Positions 42,420 through 53,682 of a stretch of 64,000 nucleotides of DNA are shown piece by piece. The stretch comes from Candidatus Bathyarchaeota archaeon (GTDB lineage: Archaea > Thermoproteota > Bathyarchaeia > Bathyarchaeales > Bathycorpusculaceae), in assembly GCA_963768425.1 (NCBI GenBank), contig CAVYHV010000008.1, positions 152,932-216,931 of the forward strand. Reading direction: 5' to 3'. Within the stretch, counting starts at the first letter, position 1; each line of letters starts with the position of its first letter. The notes below the pieces were generated by a model that saw only the letters and a program-made list of their open reading frames with translations, did not search any database and had not been told where the DNA came from. A program made the translations under genes and the position numbers.

Positions 42420-42965
42420 TTAAAATCTCACGTTAAAAGATCCCGAGGAAGACTGTCTCTCTGTTACTTCTATATGTTCTATAACAATCACAGCTGCGAT
42501 AACAACACGATGGTCAACGTTGCCCGTTATTGACACTCCCATTTGGTCCCTAAGTGTTACCCATTTTTTGTGGACTGCCGCGACGGGTTGTCCGGCGACT
42601 TCTATTTGGTATTCGTGTTCGGTGAAGTCTCCGTAGATGCGCATGAATTCGGCTCCGTTCTTTTCAACCCAGAACTCTTCGCCCACAAACTTAGCTATCT
42701 TCTTTTTTATTGTTCCCAGTTCTTCGCCGGTTTGGTCGAAGAAAGTGAATTCTCTGCGCAGAGAGAGGGTTTTGCCTTGAATGTGCATGAGCTCGATGTT
42801 GTGGTTGTCTTTGAGTTGGAATTTGGGTGGGATCTGGATGAGGTTCCCGTCAGCTTCCGCCAGTTTGTTGCCTTGCAAGTCGAGGAAGTCGTAGTGTTCG
42901 TGGGCTGAGAGAATTTTTTTCTGCATTATAAAATCGTTGATGTCGAGCAGGCTCATATAGGTCAC
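42420..42965 (-). CDS. LURP-one/scramblase (Tubby C-terminal-like) family protein
   Basis: QKKILS..Y, GTIKKK, IYGDF..HEY.I, VAAVHKKWVTLRD. Confidence 0.8.
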   Translation of the reverse strand: MTYMSLLDINDFIMQKKILSAHEHYDFLDLQGNKLAEADGNLIQIPPKFQLKDNHNIELMHIQGKTLSLRREFTFFDQTGEELGTIKKKIAKFVGEEFWVEKNGAEFMRIYGDFTEHEYQIEVAGQPVAAVHKKWVTLRDQMGVSITGNVDHRVVIAAVIVIEHIEVTERQSSSGSFNVRF

Positions 42966-43244
42966 TGAAGCTAAATAGGACGGTTTGGGCTAAAAAACCT
43001 AGCGACAAATCCTTGTTCTGCAAACTGGGCTCTTGCATATGGCATGAGTTATATGTGTCCTTTTCTTTCTTCGCCTCTACAAGTGTGCCTCAATGTTACG
43101 ACGAAAAACCAACACAAAAAACAAAATCCCCCATCTTTCAGCACCATAACCCGCCCACTTCAAAGGTAAAAGTTTATATTTCCGCAGACTTTTTGCTTAT
43201 TTCCGATATAATAAAAACATGTTCTAACTAAGATGGTGTAACAT

Positions 43245-44912
43245 ATGGCGTATTTAACAACAACAGGTTCAGGACAGCCAGTCCTCATCCTTAAAGAAGG
43301 AACAACTCGAAGCAGGGGCAAAGAAGCCCAGAGAAACAACATCATGGCGGCACGCGTCATTGGCGAAGTGCTCAAAACCACACTTGGCCCACGAGGCATG
43401 GACAAAATGCTCATCGACAGCCTAGGCGACATAACAATAACAAACGACGGCGCCGCAATCCTTAAAGAAATCGACGTCGAACACCCAGCGGCAAAAATGA
43501 TGGTTGAAATCGCAAAAACCCAAGACGACATGGTCGGTGACGGAACAACCACAGCAGTCGTTCTCGCAAGTGAACTACTTAAGAAAGCCGAGGAACTTCT
43601 CGATCAAAACATTCACCCAACAATTCTGGTTAGTGGCTACAGAAAAGCAAGCCAGAAAGCCATTGAAGTCATAAACAAAATTGCCACCCCGTTAGACGTC
43701 AACGACAAAGCAACTCTACTCAAAGTCTCGCTAACAAGTATGAGCAGCAAAGCCGTCGGCAGCGCACGCGAACACCTCGCGGAAATAAGCATACAGGCCG
43801 TCATGCAAATAGCTGAGCAACGCGGGGACAAAACCATCGCGGACATCGACAACATCCAGCTCATAAAGAAAACAGGCAAAAGTCTCCTCGAGACCCAACT
43901 TATCCAAGGCATAATAATCGACAAAGAAGTCGTCAACCCAGGAATGCCTAAAACCAAGGAAAACGCGAAAGTCGCACTTCTGGACGCAGCACTTGAAATC
44001 GAGAAAACTGAAATCAGTGCCGAAATCCGCATAAAAGACCCGTCTCAAATGAAGGCTTTTCTAGATCAGGAAAGCGACATGATGCAAAAGATGGTCAAGA
44101 CAATTAAGGCTTCAGGCGCAGACATTGTGTTCTGCCAGAAAGGTATCGACGACATGGTGCAGCACTTCCTCTCCAAAGAAGGCATAATGGCGGCAAGACG
44201 CGTAAAAGAATCCGACATGGAGAAGCTCGCGCGGGCAACAGGCGCACGAATCATCAGCGACCTCGACGACCTCAAAGCAGCAGACCTTGGCTTCGCAGGA
44301 CACATAGAAGAACGCAAGATCGGCGACGACAAAATGATCTTTGTCGAAAAATGCAAAGATCCACACAGCGTAGCAATACTCATCCGAGCAGGCTTAGAAC
44401 GCCTCGTTGACGAAGCCGAAAGAGCCATGGTTGACTCATTATCTGTCGTTTCAGACGTGATTGAAAACAACAAGATTGTTCCAGGCGGCGGCGCAGTGGA
44501 AGTCGAAATCGCAAAGGAACTACGCAAGTACGCAACCAAAGTTGGCGGAAGAGAACAACTAGCCGTAGAAGCATTCGCAGATGCAGTTGAAGTCATCCCA
44601 CGCACGCTAGCAGAAAACGCAGGTTTAGAACCCATAGACATCCTTGTCGAACTACGACAAAGACATGACGCAGCAGACGGCAAAAACATAGGCATCAACG
44701 TTTTCACTGGCAAATTGCAGGACAGCGTTGCAAACGGAGTCATTGAACCAATCGTAGTCAAAGAACAAGCCATTAAATCAGCAGCAGAATCAGCAGCCAT
44801 GATACTTCGAATAGACGACGTCATAACAGCCAAATCTCCCAAAGGCGGTCCCGGCGGCCCAGGCGGCGGAATGCCCGGCGGCCCGAAGGCGAAGAATAAA
44901 CTAAACATCTAA
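43245..44912 (+). CDS. Thermosome (group II chaperonin) subunit
   Basis: [35 protein letters not shown]; GGPGG tail, last codons probably frameshifted from PEGEE*. Confidence 0.97.
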   Translation: MAYLTTTGSGQPVLILKEGTTRSRGKEAQRNNIMAARVIGEVLKTTLGPRGMDKMLIDSLGDITITNDGAAILKEIDVEHPAAKMMVEIAKTQDDMVGDGTTTAVVLASELLKKAEELLDQNIHPTILVSGYRKASQKAIEVINKIATPLDVNDKATLLKVSLTSMSSKAVGSAREHLAEISIQAVMQIAEQRGDKTIADIDNIQLIKKTGKSLLETQLIQGIIIDKEVVNPGMPKTKENAKVALLDAALEIEKTEISAEIRIKDPSQMKAFLDQESDMMQKMVKTIKASGADIVFCQKGIDDMVQHFLSKEGIMAARRVKESDMEKLARATGARIISDLDDLKAADLGFAGHIEERKIGDDKMIFVEKCKDPHSVAILIRAGLERLVDEAERAMVDSLSVVSDVIENNKIVPGGGAVEVEIAKELRKYATKVGGREQLAVEAFADAVEVIPRTLAENAGLEPIDILVELRQRHDAADGKNIGINVFTGKLQDSVANGVIEPIVVKEQAIKSAAESAAMILRIDDVITAKSPKGGPGGPGGGMPGGPKAKNKLNI

Positions 44913-44942
44913 ATTTCTTTTTTTATTTTTTTGTTTTCTTTA
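44913..44942 (+). terminator. Oligo-T archaeal terminator
   Basis: tttctttttttattttttgttttctt directly after the thermosome gene. Confidence 0.6.
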
Positions 44943-45018
44943 ACCAAAAAGCATTGTGTCAACTCTCTTCCATTAACGCTGTTTCATTTTCAAAGGTCCA
45001 AGCTGGATTTTCTCTACT

Positions 45019-45459
45019 TTAAGGGTGGTTCTTTGGTTTCATCCTGAACCGAACCGCAGTAGCCAGAAAAAGCAAAGCGGAAGCGACAGTGGTTATTATC
45101 CAGAGCCAGAATGCCTCCTCAATCGAAGAACCTAAAATCAGGTGAGGAATCAAGATGGCGATTTCAGCGATTAGCATGCCGACGAATACAAAGCCGAAGA
45201 TGATGAAGGTGGGCACCAGGGTCTTACCGAACCACATGTAGCCCCTCATGTTGACTTTTTCTTTGACTACATAGTTGCTGTACTCGTCTTTTACGACTAA
45301 CCCTATATCCACGAGTTTTTGCAGGTTTCTGTAAGCAACACTGGGGCTACTCAGGTCGGCTCCACGCATGACATCTCGGGGTCCAACAGGCTTCCCAACT
45401 TTAACAAGATACATATACGTCTGAAAAGTCGACGCGTTAAGATCCTCATTTGGCTCCAA
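45019..45459 (-). CDS. Membrane-anchored winged-helix protein
   Basis: PVGPRDVMRG..LSSPSVAYRNLQKL...GLV.KD, then two TM helices. Confidence 0.75.
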   Translation of the reverse strand: MEPNEDLNASTFQTYMYLVKVGKPVGPRDVMRGADLSSPSVAYRNLQKLVDIGLVVKDEYSNYVVKEKVNMRGYMWFGKTLVPTFIIFGFVFVGMLIAEIAILIPHLILGSSIEEAFWLWIITTVASALLFLATAVRFRMKPKNHP

Positions 45460-45599
45460 GCCGCAGTACCCTTCAAACCATCTGCATCTTCTGCCTTAAA
45501 AACCCAAGCGACAAAACCCTCGTCACCGACATTTTTCAAACAGAAACGAAAACCTATTGAACCTCATTTGAATTCCTTCAATTAGGCATAAACAAGTTT

Positions 45600-46550
45600 T
45601 TGGTGGAATTAAAAGTGGAAACAGAAAACAAGAAAACCGACATTTTAATCATCGGCGGTGGACCCGCCGGGTTAACAGCGGCTATTTATTCTGCATGGCT
45701 GGGTTTGAAAACCGTGGTTTTGGAAGCGGGCATCGTTGGCGGGCGGGCATGGTTGGCGCCTAAGATTGAGAATTTTCCAGGCTTCGAATTCGGCGTTAAA
45801 GGCAGTGACTTAGTTGAGAAGATGCGTTTGCAAGCTTTACGTTTTCACGCGAAAATTGCTGAATCTGAAGAAGTAGTCGGGCTGGACCTAAAAAATGAAT
45901 GTAAACATGTCGTGTCGCGAAAGCAAAGCTATGAGGCGGATGCTGTAATTATTGCAACAGGAACTCAACGGAGAAAACTGTTGGTGGCGGGCGAAACCGA
46001 CTTTGTAGGCCGGGGAGTCAGCTACTGCGTAACCTGCGATGGACCATTTTTCAGGAACGCCACTGTCGCCGTTGTAGGCAACGGGGAAGAAGCAGCTATT
46101 GACGCCCTGTTCATGGCAGATTTGGCAAACCAAGTTCTCCTGGTTAGTGAGCAACAAGACCTCAACTTTGAAGGCACCCTAATGGAGAGACTAAGAAACA
46201 AGCCGAACATCGAAATCGTCAACGGGCGAGTGGAAAGGATTGTAGGCGACGAAGTTGTTAAAGCAATAAGAATTTTAGAGTTTGGTTCAAAACGCGAACT
46301 GGAGAGGAACGTCAAGGGGATTTTTGTTTCCTTAGGCGGCGTTCCTCTAACTGCAATAGTCAAAAATGCTGGAGTTGCAACCGACGCAGGCGGCTGCTTA
46401 GTTGTCGATCGGCAGCAGAAAACAAATTTGGAAGGGGTGTTCGCAGCTGGAGACTGCACTTGCGGGGGAATGCAGGTGATTACGGCGGTTGGGGAAGGCG
46501 CTATGGCTGCGATGCGTGCTTCAGCCTACGTAAGAAAAGTCAAAACATAG
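45600..46550 (+). CDS. trxB: Thioredoxin reductase-like FAD oxidoreductase
   Basis: GGGPAG, IENFPG, GRGVSYCVTCDG, GVFAAGD. Confidence 0.88.
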   Translation: MVELKVETENKKTDILIIGGGPAGLTAAIYSAWLGLKTVVLEAGIVGGRAWLAPKIENFPGFEFGVKGSDLVEKMRLQALRFHAKIAESEEVVGLDLKNECKHVVSRKQSYEADAVIIATGTQRRKLLVAGETDFVGRGVSYCVTCDGPFFRNATVAVVGNGEEAAIDALFMADLANQVLLVSEQQDLNFEGTLMERLRNKPNIEIVNGRVERIVGDEVVKAIRILEFGSKRELERNVKGIFVSLGGVPLTAIVKNAGVATDAGGCLVVDRQQKTNLEGVFAAGDCTCGGMQVITAVGEGAMAAMRASAYVRKVKT

Positions 46551-46660
46551 CGGGACAGCACAAGTGTGACATGCACGCTAAATTTGTTCACCGCCAAACA
46601 TCTGCACATTAGCTAAGGTTTTTATGATTCATTAGAAATTATCTTTCCCTGCAACACAGC

Positions 46661-46735
46661 GGGGCTGTCGGCTAGCTTGGTCTAGGCTTGTAGACTTGGG
46701 CTCTATAGACTCCGGTTCAAATCCGGGCAGCCCCA
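46661..46735 (+). tRNA. tRNA-Pro(TGG)
   Basis: Acceptor GGGGCTG/CAGCCCC; anticodon arm GTAGA-CTTGGGC-TCTAT; T loop GGTTCAAATCC. Confidence 0.93.
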
Positions 46736-46837
46736 TTCAAGGTTCTGAACCGTTTCCAGAGTGTGTCAAAACTTACAGCCAAAACCTCATTATTTGCCTA
46801 CCCAAGCTCTTGGATACGTTTGTTCTTAACAACTTTT

Positions 46838-48302
46838 TTACGGCTTAATCAAATCCATTAGCGTCCCAACTCCAAAAATATTAATCACCCTTCTAAGATT
46901 ATAAGCCAGCATAGTAAATCCCACTTCTCCCCTAACCTTCCGTAACCCTTTCAAAAGCAAATAACCTTGATTGAACGCTCGCTTAATAGTTCCAAACGGA
47001 TGCTCCACTATTTCCCGCCTCAAACGAAGCTTCGCTCTTCCAACAGAACTACTCACTCTCGCCCTTAATCTGTCCACAGTATCTTGATATTCCGGCCTGA
47101 ACATGCGTCTGCCACGTTTGTTTCTGGTGCATCTACTCCTCATAGAACAAGAGAGACAGAATTTCGTCCCATAAAGACCACCCCAACATTGCTCTTTTCC
47201 TCGATAACTACGCCTCAAAAGCTCCAATTCAGCCCCGCCAGGACAAACATAAGCATCTCGCTCAACATGAAAGACAAACTTACCAGAGCAAAACTCGGGC
47301 TCCGGCACCCCTACATTCTTAGTGGGATTGAAAGCTGGAATCGGCATAAACACCGTTATCCCAGCTTCCTCACATTCAACCAGATCATTTGCAACATAGA
47401 ATCCTTTGTCACTCAAAACTTCCAGCTGATCAACGCCAAGCACCTGTTTCGCAGCCTTAGCATCAGTCGCTAGCTGGTGATCGATCAGTCGAATTGTTGA
47501 TAACATCGTAATCCACGATTAAATGCTGCTTCGCATCCACAGACGTCTGAATGTTGTAGCAGACATCCAGCCTTTGACTATCTACCCGCATGAGCCTGCT
47601 ATCTGGGTCTGCGAGTGAAACCTCCGTCTGGCCTGTCGCCTTCATCTGGTTTTGGGCCTGTTCATACTGCTGCTTCTTCTCCTCAAGCTTGCTGATCCTT
47701 TCCTTTAGCCCGTTGACTTTAAGGCTATTATCTTTGCCTGAGTCGGCTCTGTCGTTCTCATCCATCAGCTTAAGGTACTCCGCTATCTTCTCCTCGGTTT
47801 TCTTGAGCCTCAACGCGACTGTTTTCTCGTTAAAATTGTTGCTCTTTGAATTAACAGCTTTGAACTTGCTGCCGTCTATAGCTACAAGTTGAGCGCCATA
47901 CAAGTCTAATGAACGGCAGAGGTAGACGAATTCTGTGAAGACTGGTTTGATGCAGTCGACGTTGTTTTTTCTGAAGTCAGCGATGGTTTTGAAGTCCGGA
48001 GCAAGTTTCTTCATGAGCCACATGACTTCGAGGTTGCGGTGGCATTCTTTCTCCAGTTTTCGGCTTGATCTCACCTGGTTTAGGTATCCATATGCGTAGA
48101 GTTTGAGAAGGTCTGAAGGATTGTAAGATGGTCTTCCCGTGTTAGCAAGAATTGAATGTTTGAAACCGAGTTTCTCCAGGTTTAGGCTGTCGATGAAGGC
48201 GTCAATGAACCTGACTGGGTTTTCTGCATCAACGTATTCGTCGAGTGTATCGGGGAAGAGTATGGTTTGGTCTCTGTGGGTTCCGCCGACGTGTTCGCTC
48301 AT
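46838..48302 (-). CDS. IS1182 DDE transposase (frameshift near 47485)
   Basis: GRPSY.P..LLKLY.YGY, SSRKLE, PDFKTIADFR, AIDGSK, DPDSR, SDKGF, VEHPFGTIK. Confidence 0.9.
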
Positions 48303-48484
48303 GGCTGTGGGCTCCCTTCGGTTGGTTCTTCAACTATAACTAGGTAGACTGTTTTGCCAAGGTACTCTTTTGGGCATGTGACTTTGGCGCCTGTTCCGTA
48401 GGCAGTGACTTTTCTCTTTAGGAAGCCGATTATTCCAGTGACTTTGATTTCTGTTGCTGGCTCAAAAACTATTTTTTTAGGCAT
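48299..48484 (-). CDS. DUF2080-like transposase-associated small protein
   Basis: RKVTAYGTGAKVTCPKEYLGKTVYLVI; its stop overlaps the transposase ATG (ATGA). Confidence 0.75.
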   Translation of the reverse strand: MPKKIVFEPATEIKVTGIIGFLKRKVTAYGTGAKVTCPKEYLGKTVYLVIVEEPTEGSPQP

Positions 48485-48565
48485 ATATATCTGATATTAA
48501 CCAATTATACATATAAAACTATCATTCACTTGAAAACCTAACATAGTTTTCACACACTCTGGAAA

Positions 48566-50192
48566 GAGACCGTGTGAAAACTCAGAGCTAAATCCTAAGA
48601 GTATCTATCACTCAAGCTGTTAGCTACTATTGTTCACTTGTTTTCTCTTTTCTACGCCTTAATGAAGCCCATCAGCATACCAACTCCAAGAATATTGATA
48701 GCCCGTCGCATGTTGTAAGCCAGCATCGTAAATCCGACCTCTCCTCTAACCTTTCGCAAGCCTTTCAATAGCACATAGCCCTGATTGAAAGCACGCTTAA
48801 TAGTCCCAAACGGATGCTCCACTAGCATCCGTCTCAAACGAATCTTCTCTCGTCCATCAAGACCCTTCAACCTAACCCTTAGACGCTCAACTGCATCATC
48901 ATACTCAGACCTAACCATAGTCCGTCCACGTTTGTTCCTCGTACACTTGCCCCTAAAAACACAGACAGCGCAACTAGCAGTCCTGTAAACCCTGCCTCTC
49001 TCAGGTTCATCTCTGTAGACGCACTTACAAAACTTCAACTCTTCGCCTGCAGGACAAACATACACGTTCTTAGCAGCATCATAAACAAATTTGTCGCTGT
49101 AGAACTCAGGCGCTGGAACACCAATACTCTTGTAAGGGCTCAAAACGGCGGGTATAGGCATGAAGACAGTAATACCATTGTTCTCGCAGTCTGAGACGTC
49201 TTTTTCAACATAGAATCCCTTGTCACTCAAAACATCAAGCTCATCCACACCCAAGGTCTCCTTTGCTGCAAAGGCGTCCTTGGCTAGCTGATGATGGTCA
49301 GTTGAGTTATTTATCACATCATAATCAACGATTAGATGCTGTTTCGCATCGACTGATGTTTGAATGTTATAGCCGACTTCAAACCGTTGACTATCCACTC
49401 TCATCAAGCGGCTATCAGGATCCACAAGAGAAATCTCCCTTTGCCTGTGCCTTCATCTGCTCTTGAATATGCTCGTACTGCTTCTTCTTCTCTTCCAACT
49501 GGCTTATTTTTTCTTTAAGCTCATCGGTCTTGACTGCTCCATCTCCGTCTGAATCAGACGCATCATTGTGGTCTAATTCGTTGAGATATTTTGCTATCCT
49601 TTCCTCTGTCTGCTTGAGTCTTAGAGCGACTGCTTTCTCGTTGAGGTTGTTGCCCCGTGAGTTAACAGCCCTGAATTTTGTACCATCGATGGCTACCAGC
49701 TGAGCACCATAAAGATCCAAGCTCCTGCAGAGGTAAACAAACTCTTTGAATACGCCTTTGATGCAGTCGACGTTATCTTTCCTGAAATCAGCAATGGTTT
49801 TGAAGTCTGGAACAAGCCTCTTCATAAGCCACATAACTTCAACGTTTCGGTGGCACTCTTTCTCCAATTTCCTGCTAGACCTGACCTGGTTTAGGTAGCC
49901 GTAAACGTAGAGTTTTAGCAAGTCTGAAGGATTGTAAGAGGGTCTTCCAGTTTCAGCCGGAATTGAGTGTTTGAAGCCAAGCTTTTCCAGGTCAAGGCTA
50001 TCTATGAAAGCGTCGATGAACCTAACCGGGTTTTCTTTTTCAACGTACTTGTTGATGGTATCTGGGAACAGCACTGTTTGGTCTCTGTGGGTTCCATTTA
50101 CATGTTCGCTCATGGCTTTTCAGTTGTTCTAAGGCTAGCTTTAAGCTTAACGGTAAGTGGCTGGCAAAAAATGAGACTTTTCACACACTCTC
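48566..50192 (-). mobile_element. IS1182-family element B with 4-bp GAAA target duplication
   Basis: IRs gagaccgtgtgaaaactc / gacttttcacacactctc (15/18); GAAA at 48562-65 and 50193-96. Confidence 0.88.
48652..50113 (-). CDS. IS1182 DDE transposase (frameshift near 49425-49445)
   Basis: Same motifs as element A, but a clearly diverged copy. Confidence 0.9.
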
Positions 50193-50432
50193 GAAAGGGT
50201 TCAGAACCTTATCCAAACAAAAGGTGATACTCTTCTCGTCTCAAACAGGTGGCGCCCGAAAAGACTGAAGACTCTGTTAACAACTGTTAAGAAATCTCGC
50301 CCATAGCTGACTCGTATAGGTTTGAACCCGCGTTTGAGCCCTCGGATATTGAATAGTTCGATCACTTGGAGGGTTTTTAAACTTCAACGCCTCTACTGTC
50401 TAAACAGATGGGTAATAAAAAGGAGGAATAAT

Positions 50433-50681
50433 ATGAGTAAATCAAGGCAAGGTGGCGGTTACGAGGGAAAACGTGGTCATGGCAAGGGTTTTAAACGTTG
50501 CCCAGTCGAGTTGGGAGAAGAATTAGAAGTAGAAATCACGGAATTGAGCCCAAAAGGGGAAGGCATAGCTAAAAACCAAGGTTATGTAATTTATGTTGCC
50601 GACACAAAACCTGGTGACCGCATAAAAGTAAAGATCACCAGAATAACCGACAAAGCAGCAAACGCACAAGTAGTCAAATAG
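50433..50681 (+). CDS. Single TRAM-domain RNA chaperone
   Basis: PVELGEELEVEI...KGEGIAK..GYVIYV..TKPGD; SD AGGAGG. Confidence 0.88.
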   Translation: MSKSRQGGGYEGKRGHGKGFKRCPVELGEELEVEITELSPKGEGIAKNQGYVIYVADTKPGDRIKVKITRITDKAANAQVVK

Positions 50682-50905
50682 ATATGCGCTCCGCAAAAAC
50701 GCAAACCAAAATTTTTTAAAAATCAACGGGTCAAGTTTTAACAGTAAATAGTTAGTTAGAAATCGCGCTGATATGTCTATACGAATTTAAATCTTGGTGT
50801 AACAATATACTTGTAGAAGTGAACAGTTTTGGAAAGGTCAAAAGTGGTTAGTGCACTGTCTTCTAACGCTAACACCCATGGAGTTTAACTTCAGGAGAAA
50901 TTTTA

Positions 50906-51244
50906 ATGAGCAAAGCCTTGGCAAAGAGTTCTTCGAAAATTTTGGCTGTTGTGGTTGAAGATCGCGGTTTTCACTTTTGCTTCGCAGACCAAGTTTACTC
51001 AATGGTGACAGCCACTAGTCTTTCAGATTTTGTCGAGAAATTAAACGGGATAGATGATAGAGCCATTTTGTTTCATTATCCTCGTGGCGATTTTCAAGCC
51101 TGGATACGAGAGGTCCTCGGAGACAACGAGTTAGCAGATAGAATGTGTTTCATAACGCCAAATCTTCCAGGGGAAAAACTCAGAAAGGAACTGCAAAGAA
51201 TAGTGCAAAACCGCATTAAGGAACTTACAGCCATACCTTTGTGA
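50906..51244 (+). CDS. DUF5752-like protein
   Basis: FHF...A.SL.DF...L..I....I.FH..RGDFQAWIREVLGD.ELA. Confidence 0.72.
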   Translation: MSKALAKSSSKILAVVVEDRGFHFCFADQVYSMVTATSLSDFVEKLNGIDDRAILFHYPRGDFQAWIREVLGDNELADRMCFITPNLPGEKLRKELQRIVQNRIKELTAIPL

Positions 51245-51506
51245 TGAGAGTAAAATCCTTTTAGCGCTGAGTTTTTTTGAGACTATTCTTTTTGGATGTT
51301 TCCGAAAACCTACAGTTTCTTCTTCAGAGTTGTTATAGGTTTAAGCAGCCTAAACGCGTTGGTCTCTACGAACCTTCACATGTGAGAGGATACTTGCCGT
51401 CTGTACAGTAGACCCGCGAAGACCCCCAAGCCGAATAGCGCCATCACGTCTAATTGCGTAAATCTTTATAATACAACATCGTATGCATTAAAAGAGGAAG
51501 ATTGGA

Positions 51507-52262
51507 ATGTTTAAGCTCAAAGTGGCTGACTCAAAATTCTTAAGAGACATGGTTACAGCTATCTCAATACTCGTAGATGAAGCTACTTTCAAAATTGAAC
51601 CCGACGGCTTGAAACTTCGGGCTATGGATCCCTCCCGCGTTGCCATGATCGATTTTGAATTGCCCAAAACAATCTTCGAAGAATACGTTTGCAGTGAACC
51701 CATGAAAATAGGCATGAAAATAAGCGAACTGCTGAAACTGCTGAAGAGAGCGGGGAAAGACGAAGCAGTGGAGTTGTTGCTTGATGATAAGACTGGGCGT
51801 TTGCAGGTTAAGATAACAGGGAAGTACAACCGAGACTTCACCATGCCCACGATGGTAGCCTCGGAGGAAGAAGTGCCAACGCCAAAGATAGCCTTCAACG
51901 TAAAAGCTAAGATTACAACGCACGGTTTGAGCCAGACAATTGAAGATGCTGGGCTAGTCAGTGACCATGTTAGATTTGAAGCGGACCCGGAAAAGCTGGT
52001 TTTGAACGCTATGGGCGACCTCATGGGTGCTACGATAACTCTGCTGAAGGGAAATGATGCTCTCTTGGATTTGGAGGTAAAAGAAGCTTCAAAGGCAACT
52101 TTTAGCCTAAGTTACCTGTCTGAAATCATTAAAGCGGCTTCAGCCACATCCGACATCGCTACACTGGAGTTCTCAACCGACATGCCTGTGCTCATCGATT
52201 TTCAACAGTCGAAAGGAGGAAAACTGACTTTCTTCCTGGCGCCAAGAATCGAAACGGAATAA
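51507..52262 (+). CDS. pcn: PCNA sliding clamp
   Basis: LVDEATF, AMDPSRVAM, FSLSYL, FFLAPR. Confidence 0.96.
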   Translation: MFKLKVADSKFLRDMVTAISILVDEATFKIEPDGLKLRAMDPSRVAMIDFELPKTIFEEYVCSEPMKIGMKISELLKLLKRAGKDEAVELLLDDKTGRLQVKITGKYNRDFTMPTMVASEEEVPTPKIAFNVKAKITTHGLSQTIEDAGLVSDHVRFEADPEKLVLNAMGDLMGATITLLKGNDALLDLEVKEASKATFSLSYLSEIIKAASATSDIATLEFSTDMPVLIDFQQSKGGKLTFFLAPRIETE

Positions 52263-52567
52263 TGAGGCTGATTTAGTTAGCAACGATGGGTGATGAGCCC
52301 TTCACAAAAAAATTAATGTGGAATTAGGCTTCAATCTTAGTAAAACGTTTGAAAACCACTTAAGACAGCTAATAACGCAGTTTTTACCATGCCAAAATTT
52401 AAAGGACAAAATATCGACAAATCCACAATGCGTGTACGTGTCTAAAGCCAGAATATAGGATAAGGGAGCCACACTGAAACATCCTTAGGCGACTCTGTTG
52501 TTTAATCGCTTTATAGGGCAGTTGAGTAGTATAGGGCAGTAACGTTATGATTAAATGGTGATGGTAA

Positions 52568-52855
52568 ATGTCGGAAAAATCAAAAATTGTTTTCGTTGGA
52601 AAGAAAATGCCAATGGACTATGTTCTAGCGATTATTACAGGGCTGTCAGCGAGCGATGCTAAAGATATAACCTTGAAGGCGAGAGGACAAGCAATAGCCA
52701 CAGCTGTTGACGCGGCTGAAATAACTAGAAACCGCTTCCTAAAAGATCTGAAAGTAAGCAAAATTGTGATAGGAACCGAGGAGATGCCGCCAAGAGAGGG
52801 CGAAACCAGAGCACGTATGGTTTCAACAATTGAAATAATGCTTACCAAAGAGTAG
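52568..52855 (+). CDS. albA: DNA/RNA-binding protein Alba
   Basis: VFVGKK..MDYVLA, KARGQAI..AVD.AE, VSTIEI.L. Confidence 0.93.
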   Translation: MSEKSKIVFVGKKMPMDYVLAIITGLSASDAKDITLKARGQAIATAVDAAEITRNRFLKDLKVSKIVIGTEEMPPREGETRARMVSTIEIMLTKE

Positions 52856-53105
52856 GTATGCTTTGCGTAATACGCGCTAAGCAAACATTAAGGCGTGGCA
52901 TGTTTTGGTCTTCTTTCGTCCGATTGAAAATCCCATTGAAGAACCAAAGCAACTTTGCTTTCTCTGATTAGACGCGCCACAGATTATGCGGCAGTAGTTA
53001 AAGATGGGAAAGTCCAACGTATAGAAAATCCAACCTAAAGAGTACATTTATGAAAACGATGACTTTGGTGAATTGCTATATGGGGACGTGGCAACATGAC
53101 TTTGA

Positions 53106-53312
53106 ATGGGAGTAAACCTTGGTGTAACTATGAAATGTCCTGCTTGCGATAAAATGCTTAAACGAATAGAGGGTGTATGCGGCGAGTACATCTGTATTAA
53201 TCACGAATGCCTTGAAAACAAGAAAGCACGCGTGCAGGCATACGCAGAGTTTTACGGGCTTACCCAAGCAGAAATATACGCAAACTATCGCATAGCACTT
53301 ACCAAAAAATAG
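53106..53312 (+). CDS. Small Zn-ribbon protein
   Basis: CPAC...YICINHEC. Confidence 0.55.
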   Translation: MGVNLGVTMKCPACDKMLKRIEGVCGEYICINHECLENKKARVQAYAEFYGLTQAEIYANYRIALTKK

Positions 53313-53533
53313 GAAGGAGAAATAGCCGTGAGCGCGTTGGCTGTCCCTAATCGAATGTGAACAAGGATGATATTGTTTTCCATTTGGAGAAAACAGCGGA
53401 TCTCCCGTTTTTGTGCGCGCAACAGAAGCGATGCCCTAAAAAACAAGTTTTGACATTTTTGTTTTTCCTGATACTTTAGGTTTTAAGAACCACAACAGGC
53501 CCAAACGCCTTTTGCGAAGCGCAATATAGCCCT

Positions 53534-53641
53534 ATCGGGTGTTTGGATTTCAACGACTGATTGTTTACGCAGGTCCTTAGGTGAAATCAGACCGAATGAG
53601 ATTTCGTCAACAACTTTGTGGATTATCTCTTCTGTAACAAT
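53534..53641 (-). pseudogene. rpoA1: 5' stump of RNA polymerase subunit A' (rpoA1)
   Basis: IVTEEIIHKVVDEISFGLISPKDLRKQSVVEIQTPD matches the RpoA' N-terminus. There is no start codon, and homology stops abruptly after TPD. Confidence 0.85.
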
Positions 53642-53682
53642 GCGCTATCTTGTCGTCTGTGCAAGCATCATGGGGTCAAATT

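Larger units (their letters stand above)
46757..48561 (-). mobile_element. IS1182-family element A, with a DUF2080 passenger gene
   Basis: Terminal IRs cagagtgtgtcaaaact / agttttcacacactctg (16/17); transposase inside. Confidence 0.9.
46739..50210. repeat. Split 36-bp palindrome (arms 46739-46756 and 50193-50210) bracketing both IS elements
   Basis: aaggttctgaaccgtttc versus gaaagggttcagaacctt, 17/18 complementary. Confidence 0.9.

Noticed and set aside
44066-44908. Long antisense ORFs (e.g. 280 aa opposite the thermosome, others opposite rpoB and pcn)
   Set aside because: Shadow frames of conserved genes, with no motifs of their own.
47463-49445. Programmed frameshifting in the two IS1182 transposases
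   Set aside because: The breaks are at different positions in the two copies, IS1182 transposases are normally single ORFs, and indels are common throughout the window.
51410-51470. Possible rps12 relic (KPNSAI...CV) upstream of pcn
   Set aside because: Only about six matching residues, which is compatible with chance.
52264-52302. C/D-box sRNA-like CTGA...TGATGA after pcn
   Set aside because: No complete C-D'-C'-D arrangement.
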